Below are positions 28,439 to 43,500 of a stretch of 64,000 nt of DNA, piece after piece. Below the pieces are notes generated by a model. It did not search any database. It saw only the letters and a list, made by a program, of their open reading frames with translations, and was not told where the DNA came from. This DNA is from the human T2T-CHM13v2.0 reference genome, Homo sapiens. A program made the translations under genes and the position numbers. The stretch's first letter is position 1, and the number at the start of each line of letters is the position of its first letter. Location of the stretch: NCBI GenBank assembly GCA_009914755.4, contig CP086569.2:30752001-30816000 (forward strand), given 5' to 3'.

Positions 28439-31400
28439 GCAATTTAATAAAATAGGATGAAATGTAATGGAATGGAATGGAAGGGAATCGAAACGAAAGG
28501 AATGGAGACAGATGGAATGGAATGGAACAGAGAGCAATGGTATAGAATGGAATGGAATCATCTGGAATGGAATTGAATGGCATGGAATAATATGAAATGG
28601 AATGGAATGGAATGGAATGGAATGCCCTTGAATTAAATGGACTGGAATGGAATGGACTCGAACAGAGTGGAATGGAAAGTGTTGAGATAGAATGGAATGG
28701 ACTCCTTTGGAATGGTGTAGTATGCAATGCAATCGACTGGCAGGGAATCAAAAGGAATGTAATCGAATGGATTGGACTGGAATGCAATGGACTCGAATAG
28801 ATTGCAAACGGAATGCAAAGGAATGGAATGGAATAGTATGGAATGGAATGGAAAGGAATGGAGTGGAATAGACTAGAGTGGAATGGAATGGACTGGAAAG
28901 CAATGGACTGGAATGGAACTTTCTTGAATGGACTGGAATCAAACGGAATGGAATGCAATGCAATCAAATGGCATGGAATAAAATAGAATGAAAGAGAATC
29001 AAATGGAATTGAATCGAATGGAATCGAATGGATTGGAAAGGAATAGAATGGAATGGAATGGAATGGACTCAAATGGAATGGACTAGAATGGAATGGATTC
29101 GAATGGAAGCCAAAGAATGGAATCTATTGGAATGGACTGTAATGGAATGGAATGGAAGGGATTGGAATGGACTCGAATGGAATGGACTGCAATAGAAAGG
29201 ATTCGAATGGAATGAAAAATAATTGAATGGAATAGAACAGAATGGAATCAAATCGAATGAAATGGAATGGAATAGAAAGGAATGGAATGAAATGGAATGG
29301 AAAGGATTTGAATGGAATGCAATCGAATGGAATGGAATCGAACGGAATGGAATAAAATGGAAGAAAACTGGCAAGAAATGGAATCGAAATGAATGGAGTG
29401 TTATGGAACGGACTCAAAAGGAATTGAATGTAATAGAATGGAGTGGAGTGGACTCGAATATAATGGACTGGAATGGAATGAAATCACATGGAATGGGAAT
29501 GAATGGAATGGAATGGAAAGGAATGGAATCGAATGGAAAGGAATCGAATGGAAGGGAATGAAATTGAATCAACAGGAATGGAAGGGAATAGAATAGACGG
29601 TAATGGAATGGACTCGAATAGAATGGACAGGAATGCTCAAATTGAATGGACTCGAATGGAATGGAAACGAAAGGAATGTCATCGAATGGAATTGAATCGA
29701 TTGGAATGAAATCGTATAGAATGCAGTGGAATCAAATGGAATTGAATCGAAAGGAAAGGAAGCAAATGGACTGAAATGAAATGGAATGGAATTGAATGGA
29801 AAGTTATGTAATGGAATAGAATGGAACGAAATTTCACGGAATGGAATCAAACTGAATGGAATCAAATCAATGGAATCAAATCAAATGGAATGGATAGGAA
29901 TTGAATGGAGTAGATTGGATTGGATGGGATTGGAATGAAATGTACTGGAAAGGACTCGAATTTCATGAAACGGAATGGAATGAATTGGAACGGAACGGAC
30001 TCGAATGGAATGGAATGTCATGGAATGGCATCAAATGGGATGGCATCAAATGGAATGGAATCGAATGCAATGGAATGCTATGGATTGGAATGGAATGCAT
30101 TGGAATGGAATGTCCTCTAATGGAATGGATTCGAGTGGAATGGAATCGAATATAATGGAGTCGAATGAAATGGAATTGAAAGGAATGGGATCGAATACAA
30201 TGGAATATACTGGAATGTAATGTAATGAACTCGAATGTAATTGACTGGAATGGAATGTACATGAATGGAATGTAATCGAATGGAAAGTAATCCAATGGAA
30301 TAGAATCTAATGCAATAAAATCGACTCAGATAGAGTAGAATGTAATGGAATGGAGTGCAGTGCAATGGAATGGAAAGGAATGGAATGCAATAGAATGGAA
30401 TGGAATGGAATGGAATGTAATGGAATGGAATGGAATGGAATGGAATGGTGTGGAATGGATAGTAATGGACTGGAGTGAAATGGACTGGAAAGGACTGGAC
30501 TCAAATTGAAAGGGCTCGAAAGGAATGGAGTCAAATGGAATGGTCTGGAATGGAATGAACACGAATGTAATGCAATCCAATAGAATGGAATCGAATGGCA
30601 TGGAATATAAAGAAATGGAATCGAAGAGAATGGAAACAAATGGAATGGAATTGAGTGGAATGGAATTGAATGGAATGGGAACGAATGGAGTGAAATTGTA
30701 TGCAGTAGAAGAGAATAGAATGGAATGCAAGCGAAAGGAAAGGAATGGATTGGAATGGAATGGAATTCATTGGAATGGAAGGGAATGTAGTGTAATGGAC
30801 AGGCCTGGAATAAAGTGGAATGCTACGGTCTCGAATGGAATAAAAATGTATGGAATGGAATGCAATGAAACGGAATCGAATGTCATAGAATGTAATGGAA
30901 TGCAAAAAAATGGAATCCAAAATCATTGACTGGAAAGGCTGGGTGTCGAAAGGAATTGACTCCAATGGAATGGAATCGAATGGAATGGAAGTGAATAGAA
31001 TCGAACTAAATCGAATGGAATGGAATTGATAGGAACGGAATGGAAAGGAATGCAATGATTTGGCATGGAATGGAATCGAATGGCATCGAATGGAATGGAA
31101 TGTAATGCAATGGAATGGAATGTATTAGAATGTAATGAACTTTAATGGAATGTACTCGAATGGATTCGACTGGAATGGAATGTTCTGGAAGTGAATGGAC
31201 TCCAATGGAATGGATTCCAAAGGAATGGAATCGTACGGAATGGAATCTAATGGAATGGAATTAAATGGAAATGAATCAAATTGAATAGCACGGAATTGAA
31301 TTGAATGAAATGGAATGCAATGGAATCTAATGAAACGGAAAGGAAAGGAATGGAATGGAATGGAATGGGCTGGAATGGAAAGGAATCGAAACGAATGGAA

Positions 31401-32006
31401 TGGAATCGAACTGAAGAGACTGGAATGGAATGCACTGGAATGGAAGGGAGTGTAATGGAAGGTTCTCGAAAAAAATGGAATCGAATGGAATGGAATTGAA
31501 TGGAACGGAATAGAGTCGAATGGAATTGAATGGAATGGAATGGACTAGAGTGAAATGGAATCGAACCACAAGGAATGGACAGGAATAGAATGGTCTCGAA
31601 TTGAATGGAATCGTATGGAATGGCATCAAACGGAATGGAATGGACAGCCACGGAATGGAATGCACTCGAATGCAATGGAGTCGAAACTAATGGACTGGAA
31701 TAGAATGGACTCGACTGGTACGGACTCCAATGGAATGGAATCGAATGGAAGGGAATCGAACGGAATGGACTCGAAGGGAAAAGACTGCAATGGAAAGGTC
31801 TCGAATGGAATGGAAATTAATGGAATGGAATGGAATCGAATGAAATGGAGTCAAAAGTAATGGAATCGAATGGCAAGAAATCGAATGTAATGGAATCACA
31901 AGGAATTGATGTGAACGGAACGGAATGGAATGGAATCCAAAGGAATGGAATAGAATGGAATGGAATCGAATGGAAAGGACTCGAATGGAAATCACTCGAA
32001 TAGAAT
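28439..32006 (+). repeat. HOR unit U9 (3568 bp)
   Basis: Landmark at 28439; GGCC at 30802; same private variants as U8 (~28578, ~29108). Confidence 0.85.
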
Positions 32007-35000
32007 GCAATTTAATAAAATAGGATAAAATGTAATGGAATGGAATGGAAGGGAATCGAAACGAAAGGAATGGAGACAGATGGAATGGAATGGAACAGAG
32101 AGCAATGGTATAGAATGGAATGGAATCATCTGGAATGGAATTGAATGGCATGGAATAATATGAAATGGAATGGAATGGAATGGAATGGAATGCCCTTGAA
32201 TTAAATGGACTGGAATGGAATGGACTCGAACAGAGTGGAATGGAAAGTGTTGAGATAGAATGGAATGGACTCCTTTGGAATGGTGTAGTATGCAATGCAA
32301 TCGACTGGCAGGGAATCAAAAGGAATGTAATCGAATGGATTGGACTGGAATGCAATGGACTCGAATAGATTGCAAACGGAATGCAAAGGAATGGAATGGA
32401 ATAGTATGGAATGGAATGGAAAGGAATGGAGTGGAATAGACTAGAGTGGAATGGAATGGACTGGAAAGCAATGGACTGGAATGGAACTTTCTTGAATGGA
32501 CTGGAATCAAACGGAATGGAATGCAATGCAATCAAATGGCATGGAATAAAATAGAATGAAAGAGAATCAAATGGAATTGAATCGAATGGAATCGAATGGA
32601 TTGGAAAGGAATAGAATGGAATGGAATGGAATGGACTCAAATGGAATGGACTAGAATGGAATGGATTCGAATGGAAGCCAAAGAATGGAATCTATTGGAA
32701 TGGACTGTAATGGAATGGAATGGAAGTGATTGGAATGGACTCGAATGGAATGGACTGCAATAGAAAGGATTCGAATGGAATGAAAAAGAATTGAATGGAA
32801 TAGAACAGAATGGAATCAAATCGAATGAAATGGAATGGAATAGAAAGGAATGGAATGAAATGGAATGGAAAGGATTCGAATGGAATGCAATCGAATGGAA
32901 TGGAATCGAACGGAATGGAATAAAATGGAAGAAAACTGGCAAGAAATGGAATCGAAATGAATGGAGTGTTATGGAACGGACTCAAAAGGAATTGAATGTA
33001 ATAGAATGGAGTGGAGTGGACTCGAATATAATGGACTGGAATGGAATGAAATCACATGGAATGGGAACGAATGGAATGGAATGGAAAGGAATGGAATCGA
33101 ATGGAAAGGAATCGAATGGAAGGGAATGAAATTGAATCAACAGGAATGGAAGGGAATAGAATAGACGGTAATGGAATGGACTCGAATAGAATGGACACGA
33201 ATGCTCAAATTGAATGGACTCGAATGGAATGGAAACGAAAGGAATGTCATCGAATGGAATTGAATCGATTGGAATGAAATCGCATAGAATGGAGTGGAAT
33301 CAAATGGAATTGAATCGAAAGGAAAGGAAGCGAATGGACTGAAATGAAATGGAATGGAATTGAATGGAAAGTAATGCAATGGAATAGAATGGAACGAAAT
33401 TTCACGGAATGGAATCAAACTGAATGGAATCAAATCAATGGAATCCAATCAAATGGAATGGAGTAGATTGGATTGGATGGGATTGGAATGAAATGTACTG
33501 GAAAGGACTCGAATTTCATGAAACGGAATGGAATGAATTGGAACGGAATGGACTCGAATGGAATGGAATGACATGGAATGGCATCAAATGGAATGGCATC
33601 AAATGGAATGGAATCGAATGCAATGGAATGCTATGGAAGGGAATGGAATGCATTGGAATGGAATGTCCTCTAATGGAATGGATTCGAGTGGAATGGAATC
33701 GAATATAATGGAGTCGAATGAAATGGAATTGAAAGGAATGGGATCGAATACAATGGAATATACTGGAATGTAATGTAATGAACTCGAATGTAATTGACTG
33801 GAATGGAATGTACATGAATGGAATGTAATCGAATGGAAAGTAATCCAATGGAATAGAATCTAATGCAATAAAATCGACTCAGATAGAGTAGAATGTAATG
33901 GAATGGAGTGCAGTGCAATGGAATGGAATGGAATGGAATGCAATTGAATGGAATGGAATGGAATGGAATGGAATGGAATGGAATGGAATGGGATGGAATG
34001 GTATGGAATGGATAGTAATGGACTGGAGTGAAATGGACTGGAAAGGAATGGACTCAAATTGAAAGGGCTCGAAAGGAATGGAGTCAAATGGAATGGTCTG
34101 GAATGGAATGAACAAGAATGTAATGCAATCCAATAGAATGGAATCGAATGACATGGAATATAAAGAAATGGAATCGGAGAGAATGGAAACAAATGGAATT
34201 GAATTGAATGGAATGGAATTGAATGGTATGGGAACGAATGGAGTGAAATTGTATGCAGTAGAAGGGAATAGAATGGAATGCAAGCGAAAGGAAAGGAATG
34301 GATTGGAATGGAATGGAATTCATTGGAATGGAAGGGAATGTAGTGTAATGGACAGGCCTGGAATAAAGTGGAATGCTACGGTCTCGAATGGAATAAAAAT
34401 GTATGGAATGGAATGCAATGAAATGGAATCGAATGTCATAGAATGTAATGGAATGCAACAAAATGGAATCCAAAATCATTGACTGGAAAGGCTGGGTGTC
34501 GAAAGGAATTGACTCCAATGGAATGGAATCGAATGGAATGGAAGTGAATAGAATCGAACTAAATCGAATGGAATGGAATTGATAGGAACGGAATGGAAAG
34601 GAATGCAATGATTTGGCATGGAATGGAATCGAATGGCATCGAATGGAATGGAATGGAATGCAATGGAATGGAATGTATTAGAATGTAATGAACTTTAATG
34701 GAATGTACTCGAATGGATTCGACTGGAATGGAATGTTCTGGAAGTGAATGGACTCCAATGGAATGGATTCCAAAGGAATGGAATCGTACGGAATGGAATC
34801 TAATGGAATGGAATTAAATGGAAATGAATCAAATTGAATAGCACGGAATTGAATTGAATGGAATGGAATGCAATGGAATCTAATGAAACGGAAAGGAAAG
34901 GAATGGAATGGAATGGAATGGGCTGGAATGGAAAGGAATCGAAACGAATGGAATGGAATCGAACTGAAGAGACTGGAATGGAATGCACTGGAATGGAAGG

Positions 35001-36974
35001 GAGTGTAATGGAAGGTTCTCGAAAAAAATGGAATCGAATGGAATGGAATTGAATGGAACGGAATAGAGTCGAATGGAATTGAATGGAATGGAATGGACTA
35101 GAGTGAAATGGAATCGAACCACAAGGAATGGACATGAATAGAATGGTCTCGAATTGAATGGAATCGTATGGAATGGCATCAAACGGAATGGAATGGACAG
35201 CCACGGAATGGAATGCACTCGAATGCAATGGAGTCGAAACTAATGGACTGGAATAGAATGGACTCGACTGGTACGGACTCCAATGGAATGGAATCGAATG
35301 GAAGGGAATCGAACGGAATGGACTCGAAGGGAAAAGACTGCAATGGAAAGGTCTCGAATGGAATGGAAATTAATGGAATGGAATGGAATCGAATGAAATG
35401 GAGTCAAAAGGAATGGAATCGAATGGCAAGAAATCGAATGTAATGGAATCACAAGGAATTGATGTGAACGGAACGGAATGGAATGGAATCCAAAGGAATG
35501 GAATAGAATGGAATGGAATCGAATGGAAAGGACTCGAATGGAAATCACTCGAATAGAATGCAATTTAATAAAATAGGATAAAATGTAATGGAATGGAATG
35601 GAAGGGAATCGAAACGAAAGGAATGGAGACAGATGGAATGGAATGGAACAGAGAGCAATGGTATAGAATGGAATGGAATCATCTGGAATGGAATTGAATG
35701 GAATGGAATAATATGAAATGGAATGGAATGGAATTCATTGGAATGGAAGGGAATGTAGTGTAATGGACAGGCCTGGAATAAAGTGGAATGCTACGGTCTC
35801 GAATGGAATAAAAATGTATGGAATGGAATGCAATGAAACGGAATCGAATGTCATAGAATGTAATGGAATGCAAAAAAATGGAATCCAAAATCATTGACTG
35901 GAAAGGCTGGGTGTCGAAAGGAATTGACTCCAATGGAATGGAATCAAATGGAATGGAAGTGAATAGAATCGAACTAAATCGAATGGAATGGAATTGATAG
36001 GAACGGAATGGAAAGGAATGCAATGATTTGGCATGGAATGGAATCGAATGGCATCGAATGGAATGGAATGGAATGCAATGGAATGGAATGTATTAGAATG
36101 TAATGAACTTTAATGGAATGTACTCGAATGGATTCGACTGGAATGGAATGTTCTGGAAGTGAATGGACTCCAATGGAATGGATTCAAAAGGAATGGAATC
36201 GTACAGAATGGAATCTAATGGAATGGAATTAAATGGAAATGAATCAAATTGAATAGCACGGAATTGAATTGAATGAAATGGAATGCAATGGAATCTAATG
36301 AAACGGAAAGGAAAGGAATGGAATGGAATGGAATGGGCTGGAATGGAAAGGAATCGAAACGAATGGAATGGAATCGAACTGAAGAGACTGGAATGGAATG
36401 CACTGGAATGGAAGGGAGTGTAATGGAAGGTTCTCGAAAAAAATGGAATCGAATGGAATGCAATTGAATGGAACGGAATAGAGTCGAATGGAATTGAATG
36501 GAATGGAATGGACTAGAGTGAAATGGAATCGAACCACAAGGAATGGACAGGAATAGAATGGTCTCGAATTGAATGGAATCGTATGGAATGGCATCAAACG
36601 GAATGGAATGGACAGCCACGGAATGGAATGCACTCGAATGCAATGGAGTCGAAACTAATGGACTGGAATAGAATGGACTCGACTGGTACGGACTCCAATG
36701 GAATGGAATCGAATGGAAGGGAATCGAACGGAATGGACTCGAAGGGAAAAGACTGCAATGGAAAGGTCTCGAATGGAATGGAAATTAATGGAATGGAATG
36801 GAATCGAATGAAATGGAGTCAAAAGTAATGGAATCGAATGGCAGGAAATCGAATGTAATGGAATCGCAAGGAATTGATGTGAACGGAACGGAATGGAATG
36901 GAATCCAAAGGAATGGAATAGAATGGAATGGAATCGAATGGAAAGGACTCGAATGGAAATCACTCGAATAGAAT
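32007..36974 (+). repeat. HOR unit U10, long variant (4968 bp) containing a 1.415-kb internal tandem duplication
   Basis: Landmark at 32007, repeated inside the duplication at 35560 and 36975 (+1415). GGCC at 34355 and 35770 (+1415). Junction at ~35721-35735 within shared 'atggaatggaatggaat'. Confidence 0.85.
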
Positions 36975-37145
36975 GCAATTTAATAAAATAGGATCAAATG
37001 TAATGGAATGGAATGGAAAGGAATCGAAACGAAAGGAATGGAGACAGATGGAATGGAATGGAACAGAGAGCAATGGTATAGAATGGAATGGAATCATCTG
37101 GAATGGAATTGAATGGAATGGAATAATATGAAATGGAATGGAATG
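35731..37145 (+). repeat. Second copy of the 1.415-kb intra-unit tandem duplication (first copy ~34316-35730)
   Basis: 'ggaattcattgg' at 34315-34326 recurs at 35730-35741. 'ggaataatatg' ends at 35715 and again at 37130. The pseudo-ORF 34800..35228 repeats at 36215..36643 (+1415). Confidence 0.85.
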
Positions 37146-40100
37146 GAATGGAATGGAATGGAATGGAATGCCCTTGAATTAAATGGACTGGAATGGAATG
37201 GACTCAAACAGAGTGGAATGGAAAGTGTTGAGATAGAATGGAATGGACTCCTTTGGAATGGTCTAGTATGCAATGCAATCGACTGGTAGGGAATCAAAAG
37301 GAATGTAATCGAATGGATTGGACTGGAATGCAATGGACTCGAATAGATTGGAAACGGAATGCAAAGGAATGGAATGGAATAGTATGGAATGGAATGGAAA
37401 GGAATGGAGTGGAATAGACTAGAGTGGAATGGAATGGACTGGAAAGCAATGGACTGGAATGGAACTTTCTTGAATGGACTGGAATCAAACGGAATGGAAT
37501 GCAATGCAATCAAATGGCATGGAATAAAATAGAATGAAAGAGAATCAAATGGAATTGAATCGAATGGAATCGAATGGATTGGAAAGGAATAGAATGGAAT
37601 GGAATGGAATTGACTCAAATGGAATGGACTAGAATGGAATGGATTCGAATGGAAGGCAAAGGAATGGAATCTATTGGAATGGACTGTAATGGAATGGAAT
37701 GGAAGGGATTGGAATGGACTCGAATGGAATGGACTGCAATAGAAAGGATTCGAATGGAATGAAAAAGAATTGAATGGAATAGAACAGAATGGAATCAAAT
37801 CGAATGAAATGGAATGGAATAGAAAGGAATGGAATGAAATGGAATGGAAAGGATTCGAATGGAATGCAATCGAATGGAATGGAATCGAACGGAATGGAAT
37901 AAAATGGAAGAAAACTGGCAAGAAATGGAATCGAAATGAATGGAGTGTTATGGAACGGACTCAAAAGGAATTGAATGTAATAGAATGGAGTGGAGTGGAC
38001 TCGAATATAATGGACTGGAATGGAATGAAATCACATGGAATGGGAACGAATGGAATGGAATGGAAAGGAATGGAATCGAATGGAAAGGAATCGAATGGAA
38101 GGGAATGAAATTGAATCAACAGGAATGGAAGGGAATAGAATAGACGGTAATGGAATGGACTCGAATAGAATGGACACGAATGCTCAATTTGAATGGACTC
38201 GAATGGAATGGAAACGAAAGGAATGTCATCGAATGGAATTGAATCGATTGGAATGAAATCGCATAGAATGGAGTGGAATCAAATGGAATTGAATCGAAAG
38301 GAAAGGAAGCGAATGGACTGAAATGAAATGGAATGGAATTGAATGGAAAGTAATGCAATGGAATAGAATGGAACGAAATTTCACGGAATGGAATCAAACT
38401 GAATGGAATCAAATCAATGGAATCTAATCAAATGGAATGGAAAGGAATTGAATGGAGTAGATTGGATTGGATGGGATTGGAATGAAATGTACTGGAAAGG
38501 ACTCGAATTTCATGAAACGGAATGGAATGAATTGGAACGGAATGGACTCGAATGGAATGGAATGTCATGGAATGGCATCAAATGGAATGGCATCAAATGG
38601 AATGGAATCGAATGCAATGGAATGTTATGGAATGGAATGGAATGCATTGGAATGGAATGTCCTCTAATGGAATGGATTCGAGTGGAATGGAATCGAATAT
38701 AATGGAGTCGAATGAAATGGAATTGAAAGGAATGGGATCGAATCGAATGGAATATACTGGAATGTAATGTAATGAACTCGAATGTAATTGACTGGAATGG
38801 AATGTACATGAATGGAAGGTAATCGAATGGAAAGTAATCCAATGGAATAGAATCTAATGCAATAAAATCGACTCAGATAGAGTAGAATGTAATGGAATGG
38901 AGTGCAGTGCAATGGAATGGAATGGAATTGAATGCAATGGAATGGAATGGAATGGAATGGAATGGAATGGAATGGAATGGAATGGGATGGAATGGTATGG
39001 AATGGATAGTAATGGACTGGAGTGAAATGGACAGGAAAGGAATGGACTCAAATTGAAAGGGCTCGAAAGGAATGGAGTCAAATGGAATGGTCTGGAATGG
39101 AATGAACACGAATGTAATGCAATCCAATAGAATGGAATCGAATGGCATGGAATATAAAGAAATGGATTCGAAGAGAATGGAAACAAATGGAATGGAATTG
39201 AATGGAATGGAATTGAATGGAATGGGAACGAATGGAGTGAAATTGTATGCAGTAGAAGGGAATAGAATGGAATGCAAGCGAAAGGAAAGGAATGGATTGG
39301 AATGGAATGGAATTCATTGGAATGGAAGGGAATGTAGTGTAATGGACAGGCCTGGAATAAAGTGGAATGCTACGGTCTCGAATGGAATAAAAATGTATGG
39401 AATGGAATGCAATGAAACGGAATCGAATGTCATAGAATGTAATGGAATGCAACAAAATGGAATCCAAAATCATTGACTGGAAAGGCTGGGTGTCGAAAGG
39501 AATTGACTCCAATGGAATGGAATCGAATGGAATGGAAGTGAATAGAATCGAACTAAATCGAATGGAATGGAATTGATAGGAACGGAGTGGAAAGGAATGC
39601 AATGATTTGGCATGGAATGGAATCGAATGGCATCGAATGGAATGGAATGGAATGCAATGGAATGGAATGTATTAGAATGTAATGAACTTTAATGGAACAT
39701 ACTCGAATGGATTCGACTGGAATGGAATGTTCTGGAAGTGAATGGACTCCAATGGAATGGATTCAAAAGGAATGGAATTGTACGGAATGGAATCTAATGG
39801 AATGGAATTAAATGGAAATGAATCAAATTGAATAGCACGGAATTGAATTGAATGGAATGGAATGCAATGGAATCTAATGAAACGGAAAGGAAAGGAATGG
39901 AATGGAATGGAATGGGCTGGAATGGAAAGGAATCGAAACGAATGGAATGGAATCGAACTGAAGAGACTGGAATGGAATGCACTGGAATGGAAGGGAGTGT
40001 AATGGAAGGTTCTCGAAAAAAATGGAATCGAATGGAATGGAATTGAATGGAACGGAATAGAGTCGAATGGAATTGAATGGAATGGAATGGACTAGAGTGA

Positions 40101-40553
40101 AATGGAATCGAACCACAAGGAATGGACAGGAATAGAATGGTCTCGAATTGAATGGAATCGTATGGAATGGCATCAAACGGAATGGAATGGACAGCCACGG
40201 AATGGAATGCACTCGAATGCAATGGAGTCGAAACTAATGGACTGGAATAGAATGGACTCGACTGGTACGGACTCCAATGGAATGGAATCGAATGGAAGGG
40301 AATCGAACGGAATGGACTCGAAGGGAAAAGACTGCAATGGAAAGGTCTCGAATGGAATGGAAATTAATGGAATGGAATGGAATCGAATGAAATGGAGTCA
40401 AAAGGAATGGAATCGAATGGCAAGAAATCGAATGTAATGGAATCGCCAGGAATTGATGTGAACGGAACGGAATGGAATGGAATCCAAAGGAATGGAATAG
40501 AATGGAATGGAATCGAATGGAAAGGACTCGAATGGAAATCACTCGAATAGAAT
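36975..40553 (+). repeat. HOR unit U11 (3579 bp)
   Basis: Landmark at 36975; GGCC at 39349. Private variants 'gctcaatttgaatgg' (~38177) and 'gggatcgaatcgaatgg' (~38738). Confidence 0.85.
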
Positions 40554-43500
40554 GCAATTTAATAAAATAGGATCAAATGTAATGGAATGGAATGGAAAGG
40601 AATCGAAACGAAAGGAATGGAGACAGATGGAATGGAATAGAACAGCGAGCAATGGTATAGAATGGAATGGAATCATCTGGAATGGAATTGAATGGAATGG
40701 AATAATATGAAATGGAATGGAATGGAATGGAATGGAATGGAATGCCCTTGAATTAAATGGACTGGAATGGAATGGACTCGAACAGAGTGGAATGGAAAGT
40801 GTTGAGATAGAATGGAATGGACTCCTTTGGAATGGTGTAGTATGCAATGCAATCGACTGGCAGGGAATCAAATGGAATGTAATCGAATGGATTGGACTGG
40901 AATGCAATGGACTCGAATAGATTGCAAACGGAATGCAAAGGAATGGAATGGAATAGTATGGAATGGAATGGAAAGGAATGGAGTGGAATAGACTAGAGTG
41001 GAATGGAATGGACTGGAAAGCAATGGACTGGAATGGAACTTTCTTGAATGGACTGGAATCAAACGGAATGGAATGCAATGCAATCAAATGGCATGGAATA
41101 AAATAGAATGAAAGAGAATCAAATGGAATTGAATCGAATGGAATCGAATGGATTGGAAAGGAATAGAATGGAATGGAATGGAATGGACTCAAATGGAATG
41201 GACTAGAATGGAATGGATTCGAATGGAAGGCAAAGGAATGGAATCTATTGGAATGGACTGTAATGGAATGGAATGGAAGGGATTGGAATGGACTCGAATG
41301 GAATGGACTGCAATAGAAAGGATTCGAATGGAATGAAAAAGAATTGAATGGAATAGAACAGAATGGAATCAAATCGAATGAAATGGAATGGAATAGAAAG
41401 GAATGGAATGAAATGGAATGGAAAGGATTCGAATGGAATGCAATCAAATGGAATGGAATCGAACGGAATGGAATAAAATGGAAGAAAACTGGCAAGAAAT
41501 GGAATCGAAATGAATGGAGTGTTATGGAACGGACTCAAAAGGAATTGAATGTAATAGAATGGAGTGGAGTGGACTCGAATATAATGGACTGGAATGGAAT
41601 GAAATCACATGGAATGGGAACGAATGGAATGGAATGGAAAGGAATGGAATCGAATGGAAAGGAATCGAATGGAAGGGAATGAAATTGAATCAACAGGAAT
41701 GGAAGGGAATAGAATAGACGGCAATGGAATGGACTCGAATAGAATGGACACGAATGCTCAAATTGAATGGACTCGAATGGAATGGAAACGAAAGGAATGT
41801 CATCGAATGGAATTGAATCGATTGGAATGAAATCGCATAGAATGGAGTGGAATCAAATGGAATTGAATCGAAAGGAAAGGAAGCGAATGGACTGAAATGA
41901 AATGGAATGGAATTGAATGGAAAGTAATGCAATGGAATAGAATGGAACGAAATTTCACGGAATGGAATCAAACTGAATGGAATCAAATCAATGGAATCAA
42001 ATCAAATGAATGGAAAGGAATTGAATGGAGTAGATTGGATTGGATGGGATTGGAATGAAATGTACTGGAAAGGACTCGAATTTCATGAAACGGAATGGAA
42101 TGAATTGGAACGGAATGGACTCGAATGGAATGGAATGACATGGAATGGCATCAAATGGAATGGCATCAAATGGAATGGAATCGAATGCAATGGAATGCTA
42201 TGGAAGGGAATGGAATGCATTGGAATGGAATGTCCTCTAATGGAATGGATTCGAGTGGAATGGAATCGAATATAATGGAGTCGAATGAAATGGAATTGAA
42301 AGGAATGGGATCGAATACAATGGAATATACTGGAATGTAATGTAATGAACTCGAATGCAATTGACTGGAATGGAATGTACATGAATGGAATGTAATCGAA
42401 TGGAAAGTAATCCAATGGAATAGAATCTAATGCAATAAAATCGACTCAGATAGAGTAGAATGTAATGGAATGGAGTGCAGTGCAATGGAATGGAATGGAA
42501 TGGAATGCAATTGAATGGAATGGAATGGAATGGAATGGAATGGAATGGAATGGGATGGAATGGTATGGAATGGATAGTAATGGACTGGAGTGAAATGGAC
42601 TGGAAAGGAATGGACTCAAATTGAAAGGGCTCGAAAGGAATGGAGTCAAATGGAATGGTCTGGAATGGAATGAACAAGAATGTAATGCAATCCAATAGAA
42701 TGGAATCGAATGACATGGAATATAAAGAAATGGAATCGGAGAGAATGGAAACAAATGGAATTGAATTGAATGGAATGGAATTGAATGGTATGGGAACGAA
42801 TGGAGTGAAATTGTATGCAGTAGAAGGGAATAGAATGGAATGCAAGCGAAAGGAAAGGAATGGATTGGAATGGAATGGAATTCATTGGAATGGAAGGGAA
42901 TGTAGTGTAATGGACAGGCCTGGAATAAAGTGGAATGCTACGGTCTCGAATGGAATAAAAATGTATGGAATGGAATGCAATGAAATGGAATCGAATGTCA
43001 TAGAATGTAATGGAATGCAACAAAATGGAATCCAAAATCATTGACTGGAAAGGCTGGGTGTCGAAAGGAATTGACTCCAATGGAATGGAATCGAATGGAA
43101 TGGAAGTGAATAGAATCGAACTAAATCGAATGGAATGGAATTGATAGGAACGGAATGGAAAGGAATGCAATGATTTGGCATGGAATGGAATCGAATGGCA
43201 TCGAATGGAATGGAATGGAATGCAATGGAATGGAATGTATTAGAATGTAATGAACTTTAATGGAATGTACTCGAATGGATTCGACTGGAATGGAATGTTC
43301 TGGAAGTGAATGGACTCCAATGGAATGGATTCCAAAGGAATGGAATCGTACGGAATGGAATCTAATGGAATGGAATTAAATGGAAATGAATCAAATTGAA
43401 TAGCACGGAATTGAATTGAATGGAATGGAATGCAATGGAATCTAATGAAACGGAAAGGAAAGGAATGGAATGGAATGGAATGGGCTGGAATGGAAAGGAA

